Position numbers and translations under genes: made by a program. A DNA stretch of 64,000 nt from a candidate division FCPU426 bacterium (GTDB taxonomy: Bacteria > Oederibacteriota > Muellerivitia > Muellerivitales > Muellerivitaceae), in assembly GCA_963796105.1 (NCBI GenBank), contig CAWCKJ010000004.1:1504001-1568000 (forward strand), read 5' to 3'. Positions 9,111 through 17,311 of the stretch are shown piece after piece. Each line of letters begins with the position of its first letter. Within the stretch, counting starts at the first letter, position 1. The notes under the pieces are model-generated. The model had not been told where the DNA came from and made no database searches. It saw only the letters and a list, made by a program, of their open reading frames with translations.

Positions 9111-10472
9111 ATGCCTTCGGTGGAAACTAACTCCCAGGCTTTCAATACGCTCATCCGGGTGAGAACCTTATGCCTTCTCGCGATGATGCTTCTGTTGTAT
9201 CTGGTGGAGGGGAAAAAGGACTCCGCCGCCATCGTGACGGCATGGGATCTCCTTTTCATCGCGACAGTCTTGAGCCTGGTATTCGGCGTCTTGGGACGCA
9301 TCAAACGGCTGACCGGCATTCTCATGCCGGTGGTTTACGCGGTTGACAGTCTCATGATTGGTTTTTGGATTTCCATTTCAGGGGGACCTGTCAGCTTTTA
9401 TATCCCGTTTTTTTTGCTTATCCTCGTGAGCGCCATCATGCTTCTGCCCCCCCGCAAGGCTATGGTCGTTATCCTGATGGTTTTCGTGTCATTGATCGCT
9501 GCTTTTTACCTGGATTTCAAATGGCATCTCGGCCGGGCCTTTGATGCCGGCGAAATCAATTTATTCTTTTCCATTATAGAAAAGGAACAGGCTCCTCAAC
9601 GCCTGCTTGTTTACAAGCAGCAGGCGGAGAGGTGGCTTTTTATTTTCCTGATGATGACCGGTCTGGGGGTTTTATTGATGCGTCAAGTCTGGGAACGGGA
9701 GGAGAAAATAAGGCTGAGGGAAAAGGCGTTGGAGCAAAAAAGGCACTTGATCCAAATGGGGGAATTGACGGGCAGGATCGCCCACGGAGTCAATACGCCT
9801 TTGGGCCTCATCTCCGGAAATTTGGAGCTCCTTTTGGCTGAAACCCGAAAGGACAACAAAATCCGGAAACAACTCGAGAAAATCGAGCAGTATGTCCAGC
9901 GCGCCATCGCGACGGTGAGGGATGTGCTGGACTTCAGCCGACAAAGCCTCTCGGAGGTCAAACCAGTCTCCCTCTCAAGAATTCTCCGGGCGGCGGTGGC
10001 GGCGGTCCAGCCAAGGTTGAAAAAGTCCGGCGGGAGGCTGATCCTGGATGTGGATGCCGACTTGCCCCTGCTCCAGGGCTATCCGGAGGGCATATTCCAG
10101 GTGATTCTCAACCTGCTCGAGAACGCGGTGGATTCCATTCCGCCCGGCGGGTTGATCACGATCTCGGCCCATTTTCAATATCAACAGGTCCGGCTGAGCG
10201 CGCAGGACCGAAGAGGCGAGATCAAAATCGAGGTGAGGGATACCGGAAAAGGGATTCCGTCGGGGGAGTTGAAGAGGATTTTCGAGCCGTTTTATTCCAC
10301 GAAGGGATTTGGAAGGGGAACGGGACTCGGCCTTGCCATTGTCAAACGCGTCGTTGAGGAGCACGAGGGGGAGATTAAAGTGGAAAGCCGCCTGGGGGAG
10401 GGAACGACTTTCATAATGCTTTTTCCAACCGAATTGAAAAAAACGGAAATCGCGGTGGAATTAGAGAATTAA
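9111..10472 (+). CDS. Membrane sensor histidine kinase
   Basis: Several TM helices; H-box IAHGVNTPL, N-box NLLENA, DTGKG, FEPFYSTK, GTGLGL; ATG 9111 chosen to avoid overlap with cutA. Confidence 0.88.
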   Translation: MPSVETNSQAFNTLIRVRTLCLLAMMLLLYLVEGKKDSAAIVTAWDLLFIATVLSLVFGVLGRIKRLTGILMPVVYAVDSLMIGFWISISGGPVSFYIPFFLLILVSAIMLLPPRKAMVVILMVFVSLIAAFYLDFKWHLGRAFDAGEINLFFSIIEKEQAPQRLLVYKQQAERWLFIFLMMTGLGVLLMRQVWEREEKIRLREKALEQKRHLIQMGELTGRIAHGVNTPLGLISGNLELLLAETRKDNKIRKQLEKIEQYVQRAIATVRDVLDFSRQSLSEVKPVSLSRILRAAVAAVQPRLKKSGGRLILDVDADLPLLQGYPEGIFQVILNLLENAVDSIPPGGLITISAHFQYQQVRLSAQDRRGEIKIEVRDTGKGIPSGELKRIFEPFYSTKGFGRGTGLGLAIVKRVVEEHEGEIKVESRLGEGTTFIMLFPTELKKTEIAVELEN

Positions 10473-10584
10473 CAACTCTTTCAGCTCTTGCCAGAGGGGG
10501 AATTCGCCATTTCCTCGAATCGGGATGATTAGTTAAGGTAAATAGGAATATAATTACAAAAGAAGGAAGTTTGACAGAAAGGGA

Positions 10585-11076
10585 TTGCCTCAAATGGGTC
10601 AGGAAAAGCCGAAAAAAAAGGGTGGATTGAAAAAAACCATTCGAAAATCCCCCGCCAAGGCCCATCTCCTGGTAGTGGACGATGAGGTAGATTTCGCCAA
10701 GTTGATCCAAAAAAGCCTGACGCAATCCGGTTACCGCGTGGATATCGCCACCAGCGCGACCCAAGCCATCGCGCTCCAGCGAAAACACTCCTATGACCTG
10801 GCGCTGGTGGACCTGCGGATGCCCGAGATGACCGGATTGGAATTACTCCAGTACCTTAAAGTCAGGGACAAGAAAATATTCGTCATTATCATGACCGCCT
10901 ACGGCTCCTTCTCCATTGGTTTCGAGGCCCTGAAAAAAGGGGCATGCGAGTACCTCGCTAAGCCTTTCAAGCTCAAGGCCATGAAGGATAAGGTCCAGGA
11001 GGCCCTTGTGAGAAGAGCCCATTTCCTGGAGGAACAAAGAGTCTTCCCCCATCGATTTTCAGCGGATGAATGGTGA
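10585..11076 (+). CDS. Single-domain response regulator
   Basis: LVVDDE, DLRMP, MTAY, KPF; start may be ATG 10594. Confidence 0.88.
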   Translation: MPQMGQEKPKKKGGLKKTIRKSPAKAHLLVVDDEVDFAKLIQKSLTQSGYRVDIATSATQAIALQRKHSYDLALVDLRMPEMTGLELLQYLKVRDKKIFVIIMTAYGSFSIGFEALKKGACEYLAKPFKLKAMKDKVQEALVRRAHFLEEQRVFPHRFSADEW

Positions 11077-11157
11077 TTTTTTTTGAAAGACAGCGGTGTT
11101 GAGCGGAGTCATGGAAAAATTAGTATTCTAAATAGAATTTAGGAAGGGTCCCACAGG

Positions 11158-11802
11158 ATGTCCGACGACTTAAGAGTTGAGAAACGGCCCATTAAGGCAA
11201 AAACTTTCCAAGGTTTTCGCAAGATATACCATGTTTTGGCGTCCTCACTTTTTCCATTAGCCTATCTCTATCTGCCTTTTCACATGACCTCTACCGCGGC
11301 AAAGCAAACCTTGTTGATTGTGAGCGGCTTATTTTTCCTTGTTTCCTTTCTCCTGGATTTCTTCAGGCTGCAAGACAAGGAATTCAACTCCAAGTTTATG
11401 CGCTTTTTTTCAGCCTTGATCCGCCATTCCGAGGAAAACAGATTCAATGGATCCACTTATCTTCTTCTGGCCTTTTTTCTGGTTATTTTTTTTTCCTCCC
11501 GAATGGTTGCCATTGCCGCGATGCTTTTTCTATCGCTTGGGGACGCGGCGGCGGAATTGGGGGGGAAGCATTTCGGACGGATGAGAATTTTTCATAAATC
11601 CTGGGAAGGGGCGTTTTTCTTTTTTGCCGTGGCTTTCTTAACCGCCTTCGCCATTTTTCAGGATTGGAGAGTCGCCGTCTTGGGAGCGGTCGCGAGCGCC
11701 TTTTTGGAATTGTTTTCCTTTGAGATTGACGACAACTTGACAGTTCCTATCGGCTCGGCTTTGGTTCTCTCCTTGGCTCTATTCTTTTTTCATTTGGTCT
11801 AA
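11158..11802 (+). CDS. CTP-dependent polyprenol/diacylglycerol kinase (dolichol/phytol kinase-like) membrane protein
   Basis: RKIYH, LGDAAA..GG..FG, KSWEG, DDNLTVP. Confidence 0.8.
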   Translation: MSDDLRVEKRPIKAKTFQGFRKIYHVLASSLFPLAYLYLPFHMTSTAAKQTLLIVSGLFFLVSFLLDFFRLQDKEFNSKFMRFFSALIRHSEENRFNGSTYLLLAFFLVIFFSSRMVAIAAMLFLSLGDAAAELGGKHFGRMRIFHKSWEGAFFFFAVAFLTAFAIFQDWRVAVLGAVASAFLELFSFEIDDNLTVPIGSALVLSLALFFFHLV

Positions 11803-11935
11803 AATCAGAAGGGAACATCAATCAGAAGTTGCTGTTTATATAAGATTTAACGTTAAAAACTGAACATTTAAGCCAGAAAAATGCCAATATTTATCGGGCC
11901 GATTCCTGCCACTTTAAGATTTCCTTTCAAAAAGC

Positions 11936-12921
11936 TATGCTTATGCACAAAGTGACCGTGCTGTAATGGGTTTTGCTAAGGCACATGCGGTCAAAGCACG
12001 GTGAAATAAGGAATCGGGATCATGACGACGGTTGAACCGATAGGCATATTCACTTAGATACCGGCCTAAATACTTAGCATCAACGCCATGATGAGTTCCA
12101 ATGATCCAGGCCTTGGCGTTGGAAATGAACCGGTGTACCCAGGGCAACCAACTTTCCAACTCTTTCGGGTCATTGGCCATCACCCGGTAGTCTGCCTCCA
12201 CTCCTTTGAGTTCACGCAAGGCTGGCGAAGCATCTGTGTTGAGGAAAGAGCCTTTTTCCATAGTCTGATTCACGAATTCCTGGCTCTCCCACTTGGTTTC
12301 CATAGCTACCTTCACCTTGGCAAAACCCGCTTTTTCCTTCTTGCAACCATTCTCATCCACCCATTCCTTGCTTTCCACCGCCACCAAGACTTCCACTTGG
12401 TTTTCCTTGGCCTTTTTCCCAAAAACCGCCCCATCCAACTCAATGACGCCCTTTAGAGTATAGCTTTCGTCCTTTTGCCTAAGACCTTCCCGGATCTTAT
12501 GCAATAGAAGCCATGCCGAATGATCCGAAAGATTTAAATGCCGCTTCAGTTCCAGGGCCGAAATACCCCGTTTGCCCTGCATCATCAAACTGATGGCCCT
12601 GACCCAGGTTAAAAGAGGCAGCTTGGAGCTTTCAAAAATCGTCCCGGCGCGAAGCCGAAGACGTTTCCGGCAATAGTCACATTCCCTCACTTCAGGCTTG
12701 GCCTGGTGTTGCCAGAAGCTTTCGCCCTCACATTGGGGACAAACAAAGTCTTTCCCGCCGAAACGGCATCTCCACACCCATTGGCGGGCTTCTTCTTCCG
12801 TGTGGATTTTCCTCAGAATTTTAATGCTTTTCATCCGCTGGTAGCTCATGTACCACCTCCCGTAGCGGACAGTATACCTATGTATTCCTTTATTTCAAGG
12901 GTCACTTAATACAGAAGCATG
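11936..12921 (-). mobile_element. Complete IS1595-family insertion sequence
   Basis: Imperfect TIRs 11937-11957 and 12900-12920 (17/21); 8-bp TSD CAAAAAGC at 11928-11935 and 12922-12929. Confidence 0.9.
11941..12849 (-). CDS. IS1595-family transposase
   Basis: Zn ribbon CPQC..CDYC, AGTIFE.SKLPL, IELDG, YLSEYAYRFNRR. Confidence 0.93.
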   Translation of the reverse strand: MSYQRMKSIKILRKIHTEEEARQWVWRCRFGGKDFVCPQCEGESFWQHQAKPEVRECDYCRKRLRLRAGTIFESSKLPLLTWVRAISLMMQGKRGISALELKRHLNLSDHSAWLLLHKIREGLRQKDESYTLKGVIELDGAVFGKKAKENQVEVLVAVESKEWVDENGCKKEKAGFAKVKVAMETKWESQEFVNQTMEKGSFLNTDASPALRELKGVEADYRVMANDPKELESWLPWVHRFISNAKAWIIGTHHGVDAKYLGRYLSEYAYRFNRRHDPDSLFHRALTACALAKPITARSLCA

Positions 12922-13105
12922 CAAAAAGCAATAAACAAAGCATTAATTTAGATTTCTGCAGCAGGGGACCTCAAAGGTTCTTTCTTAAAAAAATCACCTC
13001 AAAAAGACCTTTTTTCCCGCATTTGGGCCACTATTTTTTTGCAATAAAAACGAGTCAGCCCCGTCTAGAAAGTAGAAGTGGATATTTAAAGTGGTTTTAT
13101 TTAGA

Positions 13106-13121
13106 TGGCATGGTTGATGCT
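13106..13121 (+). promoter_or_regulatory. Putative sigma54 (-24/-12) promoter
   Basis: TGGCATGGTTGATGCT gives GG-N10-GC with a TGGCA -24 box. Confidence 0.55.
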
Positions 13122-13224
13122 TAAAAACAGAAGTAAGGTTGCCCGCTTGCAAGCGATCTACCAGAAGATGAGCTGAAGTGGGGGATTGCACGACACCTAC
13201 GGACGCCAGAAAGCGAGGGCAGTC

Positions 13225-13383
13225 ATGGATCAAAATTGCGAGAAAATCAAAAGGATGCTGGACCTTTACCGCGAGGGGAAACTGTCGGAAGCAGAAAAGG
13301 CTGATGTGGAATATCACTTGTTATATTGTCCCGAGTGCGTATTCCTTTTGACTCTGGTTCCGTCATTATGCCTGGACCGTTAA
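13225..13383 (+). CDS. Small anti-sigma-type zinc-finger (zf-HC2/ZAS) protein, 52 aa
   Basis: C...L..Y..G.L..E...VE.HL..CPEC; GAGGG RBS; downstream terminator. Confidence 0.7.
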   Translation: MDQNCEKIKRMLDLYREGKLSEAEKADVEYHLLYCPECVFLLTLVPSLCLDR

Positions 13384-13412
13384 TCAACCGGTAAAACAAC
13401 CGAAAGCTTGAC

Positions 13413-13438
13413 GCCCGCCCTGCCCGGCGGGCTTTTTT
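13413..13438 (+). terminator. Intrinsic terminator
   Basis: GCCCGCC-N6-GGCGGGC followed by a T-run. Confidence 0.8.
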
Positions 13439-13636
13439 GTTTAAAACCTTTCCTGGCTGCAACCCATAAGGCCAACTCTTGACAATCACCTGATAAAATA
13501 GGCAAGATGCGGTTAAATTAATAAAGTCCTATTGGGTTTTCTGCGCCTAAAAGCGCGGAAAGCTCTTTTCGTGTTTAGCGAGATGTTAAAAAAATGGCTG
13601 TAGCGCTATTTATTTTCTTGGAGTGATTTTATAACC

Positions 13637-16600
13637 ATGACTATTGCCGAGGAACACGGAAAGCCAGCATCCCTTAGCCCGTTTTTAATAGAAAATATCA
13701 ACTGGCCTTCGGCGGATAGGGTCCTGGAAGCTTTGAGAAAGCGAAAACCAGGAACATTCATTCACGGGGTTTCTGGATCCGCCAAGGCTTTCCTGATTTC
13801 CTGGCTTTTCCAAAAACTTAAGGAAGAGCATCCATGGTTGATTTTAACCCCCAGCCAAGAGGATGCCGTAATGCTTTATGGGGATCTCTCTACTTTAACG
13901 CCATCCACACCCATCTTCCTCTGTCCTTCCTGGGAAACCCTTCCGGGTGACCCTGAAACCCCTGACCCGGAGCTTATCGGCGACCGGCAGAGAGCTTTTT
14001 ATCAGCTGATGCAAGGCGGTTCCTTCATCGTGGTGGCGTCGCTTATCGGCGCGCTCCAGCACACCCTTCCGGCGGAGGAATGGCTGGACCAAGTCTTGGT
14101 TTTAAGGAAAGGCCAAGACGCCCCGTTGGATCTCAAGGATCGTTTGGTAGCCCTGGGTTATGAGCCGGTCAACCAGGTCGTCCAATTGGGGCAGTTCGCC
14201 ATGCGGGGAGGGATCCTGGATATCGCCTCGCCCGGTTCACCATCGGGTCCGGTCCGGCTTGAGTTTTTCGGCGAGACCCTGGATTCGGTAAGGTCTTTAA
14301 ACCTATTCAGCCAGCGTTCAGGCGGGGACCTATCCGAAATCCTGATATTTCCCGCTCATGAGGTGGTTTTAAGCCCCAAGACCCAGCAAAATTTAAAAGC
14401 GGTCTTGCGGTCCAAGGCGAAAGACGAGAACGGTGTTCCTTCCCATAACGCGGAAACTGCCTTGGAACTTCTGGGACAAACCCGCCAATTTCCCGGCTGG
14501 GAATGGCAAACGATCGGGGCGCTCGCCAAGCGGCAATGCCTCCTGGATTACATCCCGGAAGGAACAAGGATATTGATCGAGGAACCCATGGCGGTGGAAC
14601 GAAAGTTTTCCGACCTCCAAGACAAACTCATGGAATGCGGCAAGAGGGCCTTGGAGGAAAAGTTCGACTTATTCGACACTTCAACATTTTTCTCCGACTT
14701 GAGCTTTCTCAATAAATCCCTCAAAAAGGGAATGGCGGCGGGCTTGGGACAGATCCGGCAGGAGTTTCTGGGGGATGCGCCGGAGGAATCCCTGGCGGTG
14801 GAAACCCGGACCCTGCCCCCTTACAACGGCAAATTTCCTACCTTTGCCTCGGATTTGAAAAAATGGCTGGCCTCCGGGACCCACGCCGTCCTCTGGTGCC
14901 ACAACAAGGGGGAAAGGGAAAGGTTTTCGGAGCTTCTCCGGGAGCAATCCATCGAGACGAAAGAGAACCCCAAATTGTCCCTTCTGTTAGGCGAGGTGGA
15001 ACAGGGTTTCGCCATAGACGAGATCGGCTTGGCGGCGCTTCCGGATCATGTGGTCTTCCGGCGCTACCGGGGAAACCGCCGCAGGACGAGGGTGAGGGCT
15101 GTCGCGGGCGGGAAGCCCCTGGCCTCCTTGAACGAATTGTCCGTGGGCGATTGGACCGTTCACGTGGACTGCGGGATCTGTTTTTACCGGGGTTTGACGC
15201 CCCTGACGATCGATGGCGTAACGCGTGAATACATCCAATTGGAGTTCGCGGACAACGAGAAGATTTACCTTCCCACGGACCAGATCGGCCTGATCCAGCG
15301 GTATATCGGAAGCGAGGGCTCGCCCGCCTTGTCCAAGCTGGGAGGGGAGCAATGGAGCAGGGTGAAGGCCAGGGTCCGCCAGGAAATCGAGGCCGTGGCC
15401 CGGGAGTTGATGGCCCTGTACTCCACCCGGCAGGTCCTGCGCAAGAAGCCTTTTTCCTCCGACGCGCCCTGGCAAATGGAGTTCGAGGATTCCTTCATCT
15501 ATGAGTTGACCCCCGGACAGCACCAGGCCATCCAGGACGTCAAGCGCGACATGCAGTCCGAGCAGGTCATGGACCGGCTGGTGTGCGGGGACGTGGGATA
15601 CGGCAAAACCGAGGTGGCCATGAGGGCGGCTTTCAAGGCGGTCCTGGACAAGCGGCAGGTGGCGGTCTTGGTTCCCACCACCATCCTGGCCCAACAGCAT
15701 TACCACACGTTCAAGGAGCGGATGGCCGAGTACCCGGTGGAAATCCACATGCTTTCCCGTTTCAGGAGCAAGTCCGAGATCGAGAGAACCCTGGAACTTC
15801 TTCGCGAGGGAAAGGTGGATATCCTCATCGGCACGCATAAATTAATCATGAAAGACGTCCGTTTTTCCAACCTGGGGCTTTTGATCATCGACGAGGAACA
15901 CCGGTTTGGGGTCTCCCAAAAGGAGCGCCTGAAGTCGTTGAAGCGCGATGTGGATGTGCTGACGCTTACCGCCACCCCCATTCCCAGGACCCTCCACATG
16001 TCCCTCTCGGGAATCCGTGAGATTTCCATCATCGACACCCCGCCGCAAAACAGGCTTTCTGTCTTGACGCAGGTGGCTCCCATGGACGACCGCCTTGTGG
16101 CCGAAGCTGTCCGGAGGGAGCTCAACCGGGAGGGGCAGGTGTTTTACGTGCACAACCATGTCAAGGACATCGACCGGATCGCGGACAGCCTGCAAAAAAC
16201 CGTGCCGGAGGCGCGGCTGGCGGTGGCCCACGGTCAGCTGGCCAAGCACGAGCTGGAATCCGTTATGATCGATTTCGTGGACAAGGAATATGACGTTTTG
16301 GTGTGCACTTCCATCATCGAATCGGGGCTGGACATGCCTAACGTGAACACCCTCATCGTGGAGCGCGCGGACCATTTCGGGCTGGCCCAAATGTACCAGC
16401 TCAAGGGGAGGGTGGGGCGCACCGACCGCCAAGCCTACGCGTATTTTTTCTATCCCCGCTACATCACCCTGAGGGAATTGGCCCAAAAAAGACTGGAAGT
16501 GCTCCAGCAGTTTTCCACATTGGGCTCGGGCCTCCATATCGCCATGAAGGACATGGAAATCCGGGGGGCGGGGAACGTTTTGGGAACCCAGCAACACGGG

Positions 16601-17143
16601 AACATGGACTCCATCGGGTTTGACTTGTACAGCCGGATGCTAGGCCGGGAAATGGCCCGCATGAAGGGGCAGGAAGCCGAGGAGGATTTCGTTCCGGCGT
16701 TATCCCTGGGGGTGAGCGCTTATTTCCCGAAGGAGTACATCTCGGAAGAAGCGGCTAAAATCGACTTTTACCGCCGCTTGGCGGAAATGAGCGAGGAGAA
16801 GGAAGTCACGGAGATCGGGGCCGAGTTGGAGGACCGATTCGGCCCATTGCCTGCGGAGGCAAGGATGCTTCTCACCATCGCTTCCTTCCGCCCCAGGGTC
16901 AAACGCATGGGAATCCAGCGGTTGGAAGCCCTGGAGGGCTGGGTCAGCCTTCAGTGGCGCGAGGACCGGGCGCCGTCCCAGGAACGGGTGGATAAATGGT
17001 TCAAGACCTGGCCCCCTTCCCGCATCCGGTTCTCCTCCAAAGAGCCCCATTCGGTTTCCTTCCGTGTGATGAAAGGGGATGAGGACCAGGAAGCCCGGCT
17101 TCTGGCGGTGGATAAATTATTGAAGAACCTGGGTGGAGAATAG
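13637..17143 (+). CDS. mfd: Transcription-repair coupling factor
   Basis: RGGILDI, CarD-like domain, CGDVGYGKTEVAMRAAF, DEEHRFGV, TATPIPRT, QLKGRVGR, DMEIRGAGN, TRCF domain. Confidence 0.97.
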   Translation: MTIAEEHGKPASLSPFLIENINWPSADRVLEALRKRKPGTFIHGVSGSAKAFLISWLFQKLKEEHPWLILTPSQEDAVMLYGDLSTLTPSTPIFLCPSWETLPGDPETPDPELIGDRQRAFYQLMQGGSFIVVASLIGALQHTLPAEEWLDQVLVLRKGQDAPLDLKDRLVALGYEPVNQVVQLGQFAMRGGILDIASPGSPSGPVRLEFFGETLDSVRSLNLFSQRSGGDLSEILIFPAHEVVLSPKTQQNLKAVLRSKAKDENGVPSHNAETALELLGQTRQFPGWEWQTIGALAKRQCLLDYIPEGTRILIEEPMAVERKFSDLQDKLMECGKRALEEKFDLFDTSTFFSDLSFLNKSLKKGMAAGLGQIRQEFLGDAPEESLAVETRTLPPYNGKFPTFASDLKKWLASGTHAVLWCHNKGERERFSELLREQSIETKENPKLSLLLGEVEQGFAIDEIGLAALPDHVVFRRYRGNRRRTRVRAVAGGKPLASLNELSVGDWTVHVDCGICFYRGLTPLTIDGVTREYIQLEFADNEKIYLPTDQIGLIQRYIGSEGSPALSKLGGEQWSRVKARVRQEIEAVARELMALYSTRQVLRKKPFSSDAPWQMEFEDSFIYELTPGQHQAIQDVKRDMQSEQVMDRLVCGDVGYGKTEVAMRAAFKAVLDKRQVAVLVPTTILAQQHYHTFKERMAEYPVEIHMLSRFRSKSEIERTLELLREGKVDILIGTHKLIMKDVRFSNLGLLIIDEEHRFGVSQKERLKSLKRDVDVLTLTATPIPRTLHMSLSGIREISIIDTPPQNRLSVLTQVAPMDDRLVAEAVRRELNREGQVFYVHNHVKDIDRIADSLQKTVPEARLAVAHGQLAKHELESVMIDFVDKEYDVLVCTSIIESGLDMPNVNTLIVERADHFGLAQMYQLKGRVGRTDRQAYAYFFYPRYITLRELAQKRLEVLQQFSTLGSGLHIAMKDMEIRGAGNVLGTQQHGNMDSIGFDLYSRMLGREMARMKGQEAEEDFVPALSLGVSAYFPKEYISEEAAKIDFYRRLAEMSEEKEVTEIGAELEDRFGPLPAEARMLLTIASFRPRVKRMGIQRLEALEGWVSLQWREDRAPSQERVDKWFKTWPPSRIRFSSKEPHSVSFRVMKGDEDQEARLLAVDKLLKNLGGE

Positions 17144-17311
17144 AATTAGTAAAGATCTATCGGCTAAATGGACTTTTTGGTTCGAACGAACCAGGCAAAT
17201 ATCTCTGCAAAAATCCCCCAAAAGCATTAAATCTTTTATCGTTCAGCCTGATTTGATAACCTAATTCAAATAGTAGCCCCCAAAAATTTTTCCTATAAAG
17301 GCTGGCTAGTA

